Part shown: one piece after another, positions 29,269 to 45,409 of the stretch
How the letters are laid out: every line of letters starts with the position of its first letter
Numbering within the stretch: position 1 is the stretch's first letter
Assembly: GCA_951406725.2 (NCBI GenBank)
Contig: OX597830.1
Coordinates: 7,130,001-7,194,000 of the forward strand
From: Octopus vulgaris
Taxonomy: Eukaryota
Length of the DNA stretch: 64,000 bases
Direction of reading: 5' to 3'
Program-made: the position numbers and the translations under genes
Notes under the pieces: model-generated
Database searches by the model: none
The model's input: only the letters and a program-made list of their open reading frames with translations
Told to the model about the DNA's origin: nothing

Positions 29269-31738
29269 TGTGTGCATGTGTGCGAGTGTGTTTGTGCCCG
29301 TGTGTGCATTATGTATATATTTATATGTGCGTATATATCTACGTATGTGGGTATGGGCGCGCGCATTGCAATCGAACGCAAAACACCCTGGTTTATATTC
29401 AAGCATTTTAACACCTCACGTAGCCTTCAGTATTTGTAAAAATTTAAATGCGTGTGTGTTTGTGTGCTTCTGTATGTGTGTGTGTATGTGTTTTCTGTGT
29501 ATGATATCTGTATGGCTTCTTTTAAGATATATTTTATGGTATATCAGCTTATCTGCCAATGAGCAGGTCACTGATGAGCGACAAAACTATTTGGCACTTC
29601 AGAATAAACAGTACTTAATTAACATAAACGGTTTTGCGCATTTTAAATTGCCTAAAAGATGTACTTTTTTCAAAACATACGGTAGGGTAGTTATGTATTC
29701 ATGTACCTGCGTATATATGTGTGTATGTGTTTACGTTTGTGTGTGTGTGTGTGCGTATGTGTGTATGGAATTTTGTGTATATACGTATACGCATATTCAT
29801 GTGCGCATAGATCCACACTGTTGAGGACTGGAAATAAATGAAGAAAGTATTCGATATTGTGAAGCAGCTGAAGAATGTATTTTTCTAAACCCGAGATTTC
29901 ATATGACGCTAGTCGGAGTTTCTCGTCGTTGTTCGTCAGTCGCCTTAGGAAGAACAGTGACGAACTGTTATATATATATATGTCGTATATATATATATGT
30001 CGTATATATATATGTCGTATATATATATGTGGCAAACACACGCACACACATATATATATATACAGAATTATAGATACATATGCATATACACACATACATA
30101 TATATTGTATATATGAAAACATGTTTTGTTTGCATGTATGCATATTGAATCACACGCATTCATATACACTCTGTGATACTTCTCAGTAAATTTGAACCCC
30201 TATCTTTTCGAGTGCCCTGACTGCTATTCCGCTTTTTGCTTTTATCTTTAATTGCTATTTAATTTATATTAGCCTTATTTATTCGTAATGAATCTGAGCT
30301 GTTGCATAGTTCAACGTCTAAATCCGTAACCCTCGTTTTTGTAATGAAGAATTTGCGCTTACTGTGTTCATCATGGGAGCTAGAATGAAGAGCTAAATCA
30401 TACATTACTGCCTTATAAAATGAATAAGACTTTTAAAGGATCATAGATACTATCGTTTATGTATTTGTTTTGCAAGCTTGTTGATCTGAAATCGATTGTT
30501 GAAACACATATTGTTATATTTAGAGACGGTCATTTGGCCACTAAACACACGCAGTATTTATTTGATCTTCACTTTAGCATTATTATTATCATTACTTTAT
30601 TTGTCAGAGTTATTTCATCAGACAATATGTGACTTATTCAATTACTATCTGTTCTTCTTCTGTATATCTCATCTTCTCTCTGATTTTGTCGTGTCCAGGC
30701 TCCCAGCCTGCTCTCTGATATGTTGTGTATTATTATGGACAGGACAAGACCAGAGAGAAGATGAGACACGGAGCAGAACAGCGAATCATTGAACAAGCCA
30801 TAGAATATCTGGCGAAAGAATTCTGGCAAATCCACTAATAATAATAATAAAGCTTAAAATGAAGAGCAAGTAACTAGTGTGTGTGTTTATTGGCAAAATG
30901 ACCGTCCCCAAATATAACATTAGATATTGTCCTATTTAATTTGCTGCAAAAAATAAATCAGCCGTCATCTTGGAGTTACAGTCCATCACTGGTATTGTAT
31001 TCTGTCAAATCCAAAGAAGGTTGAAATGTGAAGTTGACTCGATGTTAGTTCGAACTCAGAACTAACGCGTACTAAGGCGACGAACCTACAAGTTCCGCCT
31101 TCTCTACGTTCTTCCTATTTCGATATGTTTGGATTTTTTCTTCTTATCTAACCGCGTATCCTCATCTAACCGAGCAACGTATGTAATCAGGTGTGTTCTT
31201 CTCGGGACCATTCCTCCTTTTATTAGCAGTGTGGTGTAAGTACATCGTCTAAAACACGTTCCGATGATTTTCAAACAGCAGTACGTGATTTGAGGGAGAA
31301 TGTGCTGCTATTTCCGAGCATGTCTGACGGACACTGGGAGGCTATTGTAGCTGAGTTGCTGCTATTTAACCCTGGGTCGTTTCTGATTGAGTAAACTTAT
31401 CAAAGATATTCTACTCAACATATAAGACCATCACGTCGGATAAGGAATATCTAAGACTTCCTTTTCATAGGCCGAATCGATGTTCCTTAAGGGACAATTG
31501 TTTGCTATTTGTAGCAGGTCAAGGTGGTGGTGGTTCTGTTGTTAATGTTGATGGCTTAGTAGTGATAATGTGCATGGACTGCACACGCATACACATACAA
31601 TCACACACGTACACAAATCTAACCACACACACACTACACACACTACGCACACAAACACACATATAATACCAACATATTTAGAGTGTTTGTATATGTGTTT
31701 CTATCAATACATACTAAAACAGGCACACACACACGTCC

Positions 31739-31795
<57 letters not shown>

Positions 31796-31870
31796 TATAT
31801 ATCAATGCATGTAAATGTGTGTGTGTTTGCGTGTATGTGTGTTTGTGTTTGTGTGTGTATGTGTGTGTGC

Positions 31871-31946
<76 letters not shown>

Positions 31947-32227
31947 ATATGTACACATGTTAGTATAATATATATGCATTTGTGATTCCCCGCTGCCGCT
32001 AGTAACCACCTGACTGTTGCTGTGAATAAGCGAAACCTATTAAATTTCACATAAAATATTACATTAACAGTGAGACTGCTTAATTCGAACCTTTATCCTT
32101 CTGGACCACATAAAGGGCCAGTGTGTGAGATGATATATAAGAGTAGAAATCGTGGACCCAATGAGTCTAGGCAGGGATAGAAGAACACATAATTGATGCA
32201 GCAAAGTGCTTGGAGTATGTGCATACA

Positions 32228-32281
<54 letters not shown>

Positions 32282-32378
32282 GCCATATATGCAATGTTAT
32301 GTAATATATATATATATACTTATATATCGTTATATGTATGCTTGTATATATGCATGTATACATATATATATATATGTG

Positions 32379-32409
<31 letters not shown>

Positions 32410-32493
32410 ATATGTATGTATGTATGTATATATATATATATATATAATTTTACGTACATATGTTGTACATTTTAAGCACATACAAACACGTTA

Positions 32494-32551
<58 letters not shown>

Positions 32552-33664
32552 TATGAGGTATGTATGTTGCTGCTTTAATGTATGTAATATATCCAAAGTT
32601 ATGTCGAAACTTATACTGGGAATATCAGACCGTTCATGTGAGTCATTCCAGCCATGTATTTCTGTCTATTTTATTTAGGGCTACATTTGTATATAGTTAT
32701 TGTTTCATCATTAGGAACAGGAATCAGAAACGCTCATGGTTCTGATACGGGTTGCTATGATTGGTGAGTGAAAGCGAAGGAGATATCCGCCGACCAGGGA
32801 ATTGGTCCAAAAACCTTGCAAAAAAGGGAACCCTGGCTCAGCTAAAGACACCCCAGGTCCAAGAGGCGATGGGTGAAAATCTAACCCCTAAATGGAAAAG
32901 TTTTGAAACAAAACAAACCGAGGACATTTTTGAAACTTTTGATTAAAATTTCAAAATTATTTTTAAAATATGTAATTCTTTATTTGTATGTTTTAACACT
33001 TTCCGATAAAAAGTCTCTTATTAAAGGATAAAAGAAGTTATGTAATAAAAAGAACGATAAAAATTCCACTGTTGGGTAGCAAAAATCTCTTCAGTGAAAG
33101 ACAATTAATTAGACTAATTTTTAAATTTATTAATTAATAATCAATAATGAAGTGAACTACAGTCACTGCGTGTGTTGTTGTTTTTAAGATATCCCCTTAT
33201 CCCAACAAATTGTAAATATATAACCAATGCTTATCATTTTTATGCTCCGTCAAAGACAATACGGGTACGATTGAGGTGGATTTGAATTTAAGATGAGGCT
33301 TTTACATGTGTATATATAAATGGGTGTATATATACACACACACGCACGCACGCGCACAATTTTCACCTGACTGTGAAAAATACATATGTGGTAATAGGGT
33401 CTTTTTTAAACAATGAATTTCAGGTAAAATTTTACGAAGTTACATATTTCATTTTAAATTATTCCTTAGGTTAGACAAACAAGAAACCATGTGTAGTGCA
33501 TTGTAGGTTGACTAATGAGGTAGAATTGTCTGTTATTTTTAGCAGGGCAAGTGGTCATTCGATTTTCTAGATATTACAGTAACCACGTAGCAAGGAATTA
33601 TGGGCTCGCCCATAATAGGGTTTCTCACAGTGGTAGAGAAGCGAGTGATAGTATTGTTTTAATT

Positions 33665-34000
33665 TTTTTAGTCTTTTAGTTGCTTCAGTCATTTGACTGC
33701 GGACATGCTGGAACACCGCTTTTAGTCGACCAAATCGACCCCAGTACTTATTCAAGCCTAGTACTTATTCTATCGGTCTCTTTTTTGCTGAAACGCTATA
33801 TTACAGGAACGCAAACACACCAGCACCGGTTGTTAAGCGATGGTGGAGGTACAAACACACACACACATATATACATATACACACGACGGGCTTCTTTAAG
33901 TTTCCGTCTACAAAATTCACGCACAAGGCTTTGGTCGGGCCGGGGCTATAGTAGAAGACAGTTGCCCAAGATTCCACGCAGTGGGACTGAACCCGGAACC
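33665..34000 (-). mobile_element. SINE family A
   Basis: Reverse complement of the tail, internal (CA)n tract and core. Confidence 0.88.
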
Positions 34001-34044
34001 TAATCGTTAAAAATGTTGGCACGAGACCAGCACTATTAGTGTGG

Positions 34045-34233
34045 GAAGGAAGTTAGTTAGTCACATCGACTCCAGTACACGCGCAGTATTATATTTAATC
34101 GACACACAGAAATGATAAAATGCAAATTTAACTTCAACGATGTTTGAACTGGAAACGTAAGATTTAAAGAGCCGGATGAAATGCCGCATTTCATTTTTGT
34201 CCGACACACCAAAGAGTCTGCCAGTTCGCCACC

Positions 34234-34235
<2 letters not shown>
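34045..34235 (-). mobile_element. Diverged SINE family B abutting (TAA)n
   Basis: CTGCCAGTTCGCCACCTT is the reverse complement of the head AAGGTGGCGAACTGGCAG; TTTGAACT marks the B-box. Confidence 0.65.
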
Positions 34236-34294
<59 letters not shown>

Positions 34295-34314
34295 TAATAA
34301 TAATAATGATGATG

Positions 34315-34408
<94 letters not shown>

Positions 34409-34428
34409 TAATAATAATAATAATAATG
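34234..34428 (+). repeat. (TAA)n microsatellite
   Basis: Directly visible. Confidence 0.95.
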
Positions 34429-34558
34429 GCTCTTTCTTTATTGGCTACCAGGGCTAATATTAATATTCCACCGGAGACAATAAAATAAGTACTAATAGAA
34501 CACTGGGGTCGATGTAATCGACGCCTCCCCACCTCTCCTAAGATGTCCTGGTGGCAAA

Positions 34559-34616
<58 letters not shown>

Positions 34617-35177
34617 TTCATAATAATAATAGTAATAACCGACATATCTTTTTACATATGTGTATGGTATAATGTGTGTCTATGCATATATGAATACATA
34701 TGTATGTGTGTGTGTATATATATGTATGCATATATGTTTGTGTGTATGATATCCATGATATTTGTAACGAATAATTGTCATGATATCGTTATATGTATAA
34801 TAGTGCTCAATATCCATATAATCTGGGTAATATATCCCATGACATCAATGTAATTTATACGTTATCTTCCTATATTCCATGCAATCAAACATCGCGCTTA
34901 TAGCAAATTTGATAAAAACACTGAACTGGGTCTTGATGTGATCCTTAAGAATAAAAAAAAATGTGCGCAATGTCGATTGAGATATGAGAGCTTATGAATA
35001 AGAAGTTCAGTCGGCAACTAGAAGGCTTGAATTTCGAAGACAATAATCGGAAACCCGCTGTTTTTTACTCGTCCACAAAAACATTTTCAAAGGAAGTTTG
35101 TAAAGGGTAACTGAAAAAAGCTTGAAGGACAGACTTGTGTTTGTTGTAAGAGGGCAGATTAAATATATGATCTGACC

Positions 35178-35410
35178 CTGTGGCTCTCAACCAACACTCA
35201 TATTTGCACCTAGGGGGTCCTTATAAAATGTTGTTACAATTTATGTGCAATAAACTGCATATATTTCAGCAATATTTAAACATTTTTTAAAAATATAGAA
35301 TTGTTATATAATATTTAATCATAAAAATCTAATAGGAAATATTAGACAGTGAATAAAATACGAATCAAAAAGGGTCCATAGACAATGATCTAATTTGATG
35401 CAATCCCCTG
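35178..35410. mobile_element. Degenerate hAT-type MITE
   Basis: Starts CTGTGGCTCTCAACC (cf. CAGTGGTTCTCAAC) and ends AATCCCCTG. Internal ATTTATGTGCAA is shared with the 63721-63945 element. Confidence 0.5.
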
Positions 35411-36057
35411 TCTCTTAGGTACCTCGAATAAACTATACAGACTGTTGTCAGAAATATGTAAAGCCTTGGTCGAAGAATAGGGGTTAACCTTCCCGGAAGC
35501 TCGATAAAAAGGGGCATGGGTGCTATTCTTTTATATATGAGTAAGTGAAATATAAAAGGGTCTTACTCGCCGACTGCAGAAACAGGGGAAATACAGTTGT
35601 ACCTGTAATCGATAGAGGCTACCCGGGGTGCAGCGCGAAATATTTCAAATCTGCCTTACTATTAAGACGGGAATGTACTCTCAAAGTACATTTACAGAAT
35701 ATAAAGAGTACACAGAGATGTACTCTGTAAACAGAGTCATTGAGAATAAACGTTAATGTATACTCTTTGCAGAATTATCAAATATAAACAATGGCGTGTA
35801 TTCATTCATAACATGATGCCACAAAAGTACACAAAGATTAAAATGTACTTTTACACCGAGTACAGTGTATCGAGATTCAGGAGGTGCTATTTGCATGGAA
35901 TCACGGAGTATCAACATTTAGATGTAACTTTTCTACAAATCCATCAGATACCATCAAGGGAATCGATTAAATATTGATGAATAAGGACAATGTAGATCAC
36001 CATGATTTCATTCTTAGCTACGAACACTGCATATATATACACTATATATATATGTGG

Positions 36058-36100
<43 letters not shown>

Positions 36101-36104
36101 TATG

Positions 36105-36135
<31 letters not shown>

Positions 36136-36136
36136 G

Positions 36137-36175
<39 letters not shown>

Positions 36176-36192
36176 TACATATATATATACCT

Positions 36193-36242
<50 letters not shown>

Positions 36243-36394
36243 TATATATTGGTATATATATATGCATATATATATATACTTATATGTTTATATGTATATA
36301 TGTGTGTGTATATATATATATGGATATAAATATGAATACATATGTATATATGCAAATATATGTGTGTGTCTGTGTGTGAGTATTATGTTATATG

Positions 36395-36436
<42 letters not shown>

Positions 36437-37149
36437 TTTAATACACAAGTATATGTATATATATTGCATATATATGTATGTATCTATGTATGAATGTATC
36501 AAAAGATATATGTAAGGAAACAAAAATAGATGGCAATATATGTTTACACACATAGACCTATATATACGTGGATGTGTTTGTACATATATATAAGGTACAA
36601 GCAGCCTGCATAGAGAACAGAAGAATCTTCTTCAGGACACAATTCCACCAAAGTGTGCTCAATGAATATACCGAAAATTATGAATAATATGGGGGTAAAA
36701 GAAAAAAACAGAAGAATGTCTGGAGCGCAGTTTAAAGCAATATGCGTGTGCGTGTGTGTCCGTGTGTATATGTTTGTGTGTGTGTGCGTGTGTGTCCGTG
36801 TGTATATGTTTGTGTGTGTGTGCGTATGTATGTACCTGCATGGATATATATACATATATATATACATATATGAATACATTTTATATATATATATACATAT
36901 ATACACCCTAATAGTAAGATTGACGATTTAGCGCTCATTGCTTAATCAGTTACAATAAGGCACAACTGGTAAAACTTCAAAGTTACAATCAAGATGTTTT
37001 AATCACCATTCGAAAAACGTTTTGAGTCTAACATTGACCATGGAATAAAAATATTTTGTTTCAGGTTTATCAAATGCTTATCTTTAAATAAGAAGCGTGC
37101 GTATGCTATACATGCATACCTACAGAGTCCATTTCTATATATTTATATG

Positions 37150-37328
<179 letters not shown>

Positions 37329-37900
37329 GCCTATATGTATATTGATACATATATATATAAAAAAATACAAAATGAGACATGAACGCAAATCATCCAGATA
37401 TCGATACAAACAACACGGACGGGTCATTCGAAGCCTTTAATCTTCAGTCAACAACCGGATCATCCTTGCAATTTCGGCTGATACATATATATATATATAT
37501 ACAGAGATATCTATATGTATATATATATATCTTTGCGTACATGTACATATGTATGTGTATGTATGTATGTATGTATGTATGTATGTATGTATGTATGTAT
37601 GTATGTATGTATTAGCGCAAGACAGGCAATACCATACAATGCATGAAGATTGCAATAGAATTGATATAATGAGAAACAAGTCATTTTTTCTATTAAATCG
37701 TTCATCTTTACGAGTGATTATTTAAAGACTGCATACAAACACAACCACACACCCATACACACAGACATATGTACATTGGTACCCATATTCCAGATACATA
37801 CCGTTTGTCCTTTAACATAGTATGATCGGAAAGAGGATACCTAAGGGATATGAAATCGATATCGCAGTTTTTAAATAATACATACGCACACACACACACT

Positions 37901-37969
<69 letters not shown>

Positions 37970-37986
37970 GTATGTATATATATAAC

Positions 37987-38032
<46 letters not shown>

Positions 38033-38056
38033 ATATATATATTTATATAAATATAA

Positions 38057-38156
<100 letters not shown>

Positions 38157-38336
38157 GATAGGTTAGACAACTCAGATTACTTAGAGGTATTTCGGTTATA
38201 GATTGGGACAGGCCATAATAGCCCCACCTGATTGGATCAGTTAAGTGATCTTTTAATCAAGTTTTATAGTACGATGGCCCATGGAAGTAGGGAGTCATTG
38301 TTGACACAGATATATCCAGGTATAGGTAGAAATACT

Positions 38337-38383
<47 letters not shown>

Positions 38384-38920
38384 AGATAGATAAATTTTAT
38401 ATAAATATATATATACATATGTACATATGTATATATATGTATATAGGTATATTATATAAATGTATGGAATATTTACAGTATAGATGTGTCAATGAGATTA
38501 GTTTAAAATAATATATTATTATATATTACTTAAATTTGATGACCCGAGAAGAGTTGCCTTTCGTGAGACTTCTCGCTATCAAATTCTGTGTGTGTGCTTA
38601 TGTGAGTGTGTGTGTTGCGTGTGTGTAATGTGTGTATTGTGTGTGTCTTGTGTGCGTTGTGTGAGTGTGTGTCTTTGTATGTGTCCGTGCGCGAGTGTTA
38701 ATAGAAGTATGTTTGTATATTTGGAAGTTGATGGGTAACTAAGTCTGTACGAATATATATATATATATACATATGTAGCTATATATATATTTGTATATAT
38801 ATATATATATATATATACATATAGATATATATGGTATATAGATACATACGTATATATATATAGAGAGAGAGTTAGATAGATAGATACATACATACATACA
38901 TACATACATACATACATACA

Positions 38921-38994
<74 letters not shown>

Positions 38995-39256
38995 TAACAT
39001 AAACAGCAGGTTGCTATATTTAACCAAAAAGGAATACTATTATTGTCCCTAAATATAACTAGTGCGTTGAGAAAGACCTATATTGCTAGAAATAAGAGCT
39101 AAAATAATATCCTAATACTATACTTAAAATAGATGAATGTGATCCGTTAGTGTATATGTATCATTCATGTGCGTTAACTACAGCATTACGGAATTTGAAC
39201 TCTTTTTCTTGCAATATAGGTGTTTCTCAGCACCGTGGTAACATTTCGTGACAACA

Positions 39257-39404
<148 letters not shown>

Positions 39405-39698
39405 ACATATGTATATTAACGGATAAGTCATGCCTCTTACAGTGATCTCGGTTTGTTTATTGTGATTTCTGCAAAAGGGAGTCAATTTATCAGTTGGCTA
39501 AATATGCAAATTTGGGCATTAGTTGTTAAATTTATTATCTAATAATAATTAATGTACTTAATCATTAACTAACTATTTCAATTTGATATATTATTATATT
39601 TTGATGTCGTTTGGATGTGTCTGTGTTTCAATTTATTATATACTGTACACACAAAAATTATATACAATATAAAATTATTCAGTCAAATCTCTCTCCCT

Positions 39699-39837
<139 letters not shown>

Positions 39838-40206
39838 GTATGTGTATATATGTATATATCTAATTATATGAAAACATATACACACAGATATAGAAAGAGA
39901 TCTGTACATATATAAATAAATACATACATATATACAGGTGGATATATACTAATTTTTGTGCCTAGCATGTATATATTAACGCTCATATATAAACGTTTAT
40001 GTGTATACATTTATGTATGCATATATATGCATGTACGAATAGGCATAACTGCTTCGCTCTCTCCCCCCTCTCTCTCTATATATATATATACATATATATA
40101 TACATATTCATATATACATATATATACATATACATATATATATATTTATATACATATACATATATACACATATATATCTATATACACATATATATGTATA
40201 TGTGTA

Positions 40207-40252
<46 letters not shown>

Positions 40253-40311
40253 TATATACATATACATATATACATATATATACATATATATACATATACA
40301 TATATATACAT

Positions 40312-40356
<45 letters not shown>

Positions 40357-40366
40357 TATGTATATT

Positions 40367-40401
<35 letters not shown>

Positions 40402-40458
40402 ATAATATTAATTATTTTAAATTGTGATTTTATATATATACATACACACACACACGCA

Positions 40459-40509
<51 letters not shown>

Positions 40510-41095
40510 TAAACACACACACACACACGCACATATATGCCTAAGATTCTCATGCATTGTATGGTATTTTGCTCAAAGATGGAGTTAACGAAACTACACT
40601 TTCAAGTAGTTCCCCAGTGTGTATAAGTTGTTAACCGCGTGTACATGTGTGCGTGTGTGTATGTGTGTGTCTGTGAGACTATGTACACACGTGCATGAGT
40701 GCGTATGTTTGTTTGTAGGAGAGGGCATTTTGAAAGGGTTATAATAGTAAATGGATTATATATATATATATACATATATTGATTATATATGCATATATGG
40801 ATTATATGTATATATACGTTTTATATATACATACATGTTACATACTCGTCGCACATTCAAAATTTTGCAATGATACGGTTGTGTGCAAGTATCGTATCCC
40901 TATTTGTTTGAAAATATAATTCATTAGTATTATTATTTTAATACTAACAATAACTATTAACATTAATATTAATAAAATATCTCCCTTCAAACATAATGGT
41001 GAAACTAACCAAGGAACTATTAACAAGAATAATAACAATGACATCAGTAATATTATTATTATTAATATTATTAACACTTTAATGATAAACATTGC

Positions 41096-41147
<52 letters not shown>

Positions 41148-41573
41148 TTTATTATTGTTGTTGTTGTTCTGGCCTTTTGAGAAAATGTGAAATCATTATT
41201 ATTATTATTGTTATTATTCTTAAGAGTTTCCCTTTTAACGTTATTCATTTTCACTTCAAAGAACAAAATGTTTTAATAGCAGAACTATCGCGGTGTGAAC
41301 CACTAAACCATCTTCTGCTTCTGGTACAGGTTCCAAAGTCCCTCTTTCACGCCGTCCCATAAAACATCGCATAAACAACATCATGTATTTTATCTAACCG
41401 TATATGAATATATTTTCCTGTATATATACATCTATGTTTACTTCCTTTTGCGTGTGTACCCCAGTGTATTCGTGTGTCCGTTTGTCTTCAAACATCTACA
41501 CATATTAATATGAACATACATACAAATGTGTGTGTGTAGTAATATATATATATATATATATATGCATGCACAC

Positions 41574-41611
<38 letters not shown>

Positions 41612-41761
41612 CGCTTTGGGATTTGGTTTGCAAGATTCTTTATGCGAGTTCCTGTGTTGAAGCATATTCTGTTGTGACTGGGGAGAGTCATTTTCTTTTA
41701 GTACCGGTGAATGTGTAAAATTATAAGGCATTAAAGAGAATGACTCTCCCCAGACACAACA

Positions 41762-41825
<64 letters not shown>

Positions 41826-41908
41826 ATATATTCTTCTATATGTTTCAGCCATAAGGTTGTGGTCATGTTGCAGTACCGCCAGTGGAAAAGTAATTCAAGA
41901 TATGTATC

Positions 41909-41939
<31 letters not shown>

Positions 41940-42493
41940 GTTGCTTTGATAAATCTCTATGCACGAAATTCACGGCACTTAAGAAAATCAGTAAACGGTA
42001 AAATCTATCTGTGCATTTATGTGTGTGTGTGTGTGCATGTGTGTGGGCGTGTGTGTGTGTGTGTTTGTATGTGTGTGCGTGTGTGTGTGTGTGTGTTGTG
42101 ATATTGTGATGGTACATATATCGCTGGTCCCTATTAACAGAGATAATTTCCGTATATTAAATGAATAAACGTATGCCAAGTTGTGGCAGCATCATTAAAA
42201 ATCCCTTCCGAAATATATCACCCTCATCCACTCTCCAGTATTCGTACATTAGTATCTACATTATTATTTTACTGAGGATGGTGCAGGGGGGATCGGATAC
42301 CAAGTACATTTCTTGGGGGTAGGTTCTAATCGCAAAATATACGATATTTTTACAAATTTTCCTTCAATTAGCCTAAAAGTATTTAAAAACTTTTACTTTC
42401 ATATATAATACATACTCGGGGACACTCACACACATAATTGTGTGTGGTAGCGTATGAGTGCGTATACGTACATATACACATTCAGATATATAT

Positions 42494-43050
42494 GTGGCTG
42501 TGTGGTAAGAAGCTTGCTTCCCAGACACATAGTTACGGGTTCAGTCTCACGGTGTGGACTGAAGTCTTCTACTATAGCCACGGGCCAACCAAAGCTTTGT
42601 AATGGAATTTGGCAGACGGAAACAGAAAGAAGCCTTTCGTAAATATATATATATGTGTGCGTGTGAGTGTATATATATATATGTGTGTCTATATACATAT
42701 ATATATTTATATATATGTGTGTGTGTGTTTGAATATATATACATATGTATGTGTGTGTATGTATGTATGTATGTATGTATGTATGTATGTATGTATGTAT
42801 GTATGTATGTATGAATGTATGTATGTATGCATGCATGTGTTTATGTGTGTGTGTGTCTGTGTTTATCCCCCACTGCCATCGCTTGATAACCGATACTGGT
42901 GAGTTTATGTCCCCGCTAAAAGAGACCTAGAATAAGCACTAGGCTTACAAAGAATAAAAGCTGGGATCAACTTCTTCGACTAAAACACTTTAACGCGGTT
43001 CTCCAGCATGGCGGCAGTAAAATGACTGAAACAATTGAAAGAATAAAAGA
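42494..43050 (+). mobile_element. SINE family A with expanded internal microsatellite
   Basis: Head GTGGCTGTGTGGTAAGAAGCTTGCTTCCC, ~230-bp internal TA/TG/TATG tract, conserved tail. Confidence 0.85.
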
Positions 43051-43261
43051 ACAAAAGTATATATATATACATTTGTACATACATACATATATACACACAC
43101 ACACACATATATATATACATACATACATACATATATACATACATATATATATACTTATATACATAATATATATATACATATATATATATATACATATATG
43201 TATATACACACATATATATGTATATATATATATATTTATATATATATATATAAATAATATA

Positions 43262-43300
<39 letters not shown>

Positions 43301-43602
43301 TATATAATTAATTCACGAATATGTGTATTGGTTGTATGTCTATATGTATACATATATATGTATATATACGTATATGTATAAATATTTATTTTCAGAAAAC
43401 TATAAATGTATACATGTGCGTGTTTGAGTGTGAATATATGTGTATGCAAATATTTATCTAATTGAAAAATTAAAAATACATATTTACAAATGTACATATA
43501 TACATACTCAACATTATATACAATACGTTTCAATTATATATATGTACAATACAATAAAGGCATGTATAAGTATATACATATATACATAAGTCTGTAAGTA
43601 TG

Positions 43603-43634
<32 letters not shown>

Positions 43635-44185
43635 TGTATGTATGTATGTATTTGTAAATACATATACATACATGGGTATACATACTGGTGAATTGGATGG
43701 CCACTATATGCATATACATAATTTATTCCTCGATGGACAAATCCTGTACCCGATAACCTAATGACCAATTACTGCTACACCAATACAGTTTTCACGATAT
43801 TCATACGTTTTATTCAATTATGAATAATTTACATCATGTTTATATATGTATACTCGGCGATAACACCACATGCATATACCTGTGTATAGACATACACATA
43901 ATTACATAAATATGTCTATATTTATTTAGATATATATTCTCAGAAGGAGATATATATACCTACCGAGCGTTAAACTATATATGTTTGTTGTTAACGCACC
44001 CGTCTTCGTCTTTTGTTTTTAAGTAAATATATATGTATGTATGAATGTTTATATATATGCATGTTTATATATATACAAATACATACATTCATACTTATAC
44101 ATATATATATATATTACCTACATATAGTTATACAAACCTATACACATGATTACTTACATATATTTCTGCATATATATAGATACAG

Positions 44186-44261
<76 letters not shown>

Positions 44262-44306
44262 GTATATATATATAGTTATTTATATATACATATACATATG
44301 TGTGTG

Positions 44307-44344
<38 letters not shown>

Positions 44345-44738
44345 ACATAAGTACGAATTTATGATGTATGTGTGTAGGTTATTGATGTATATGTGGCCCA
44401 GAACTGTGTGAATTATTTGAATGTTAGCAGAATAATGAATTTAAAAATTGTAAGTTTGGGTCATCGTAACGTGTATACACGCAAACATGCACGCACGATT
44501 ACAGATACACACATATGCAAATACACACACACATATACATGGATACAGACGTACATATATGCTGCTATTTGCCTACTCCCTATGGAATAATTTGTGTTTT
44601 ACAAATGCCCCCCTGCATTAATTCTGGGACATTTCACTTCATTTTCAATTTCATCCAATTTTGTCCTAAGATTGAAATAGATTCAGAAGTTTTCTTAAGG
44701 AGCACTTCGGTTTGAATCTGTGTATGTATGCATATATG

Positions 44739-44782
<44 letters not shown>

Positions 44783-45298
44783 AAATCCAAACGGGAAACA
44801 AAAAAACAACAACAATGGAACAATTACAGTATTATTATTAATAGGCGCTCAGGAAATGGAAGCATATATATATACATATATATATATACATATATATATA
44901 CACACACAGACATACATATATATACACAAATATATATAAACATATATATATACACACACACATAGAGAGAGAGAGATAGACACCCAGCCACACACACAGA
45001 CAGAGCACTATATCTATACATGCATATATATATACATATACATGTATATATATATATATATGTGCATGTATATATATATGTGTGTATGTGTGTGAATAGA
45101 TCTGTATACATATGTGTGTGCCTTTGTGTATAAATATATATATGAATATATGAATATATGATGGATGCACATATCTATAGGGAACAGTGAATTGCTTTGA
45201 CGTATTCAAAGCATACTCGAATATATATGGTTTACAGAAAATAAATGTTTTAATCTCAACCCTATTCTCACACCACCGTCTATGAAAATCTGGCTATC

Positions 45299-45409
<111 letters not shown>

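Noticed and set aside
29571-29600. CTGATGAG hammerhead core
   Set aside because: No stem II or GAAA follows.
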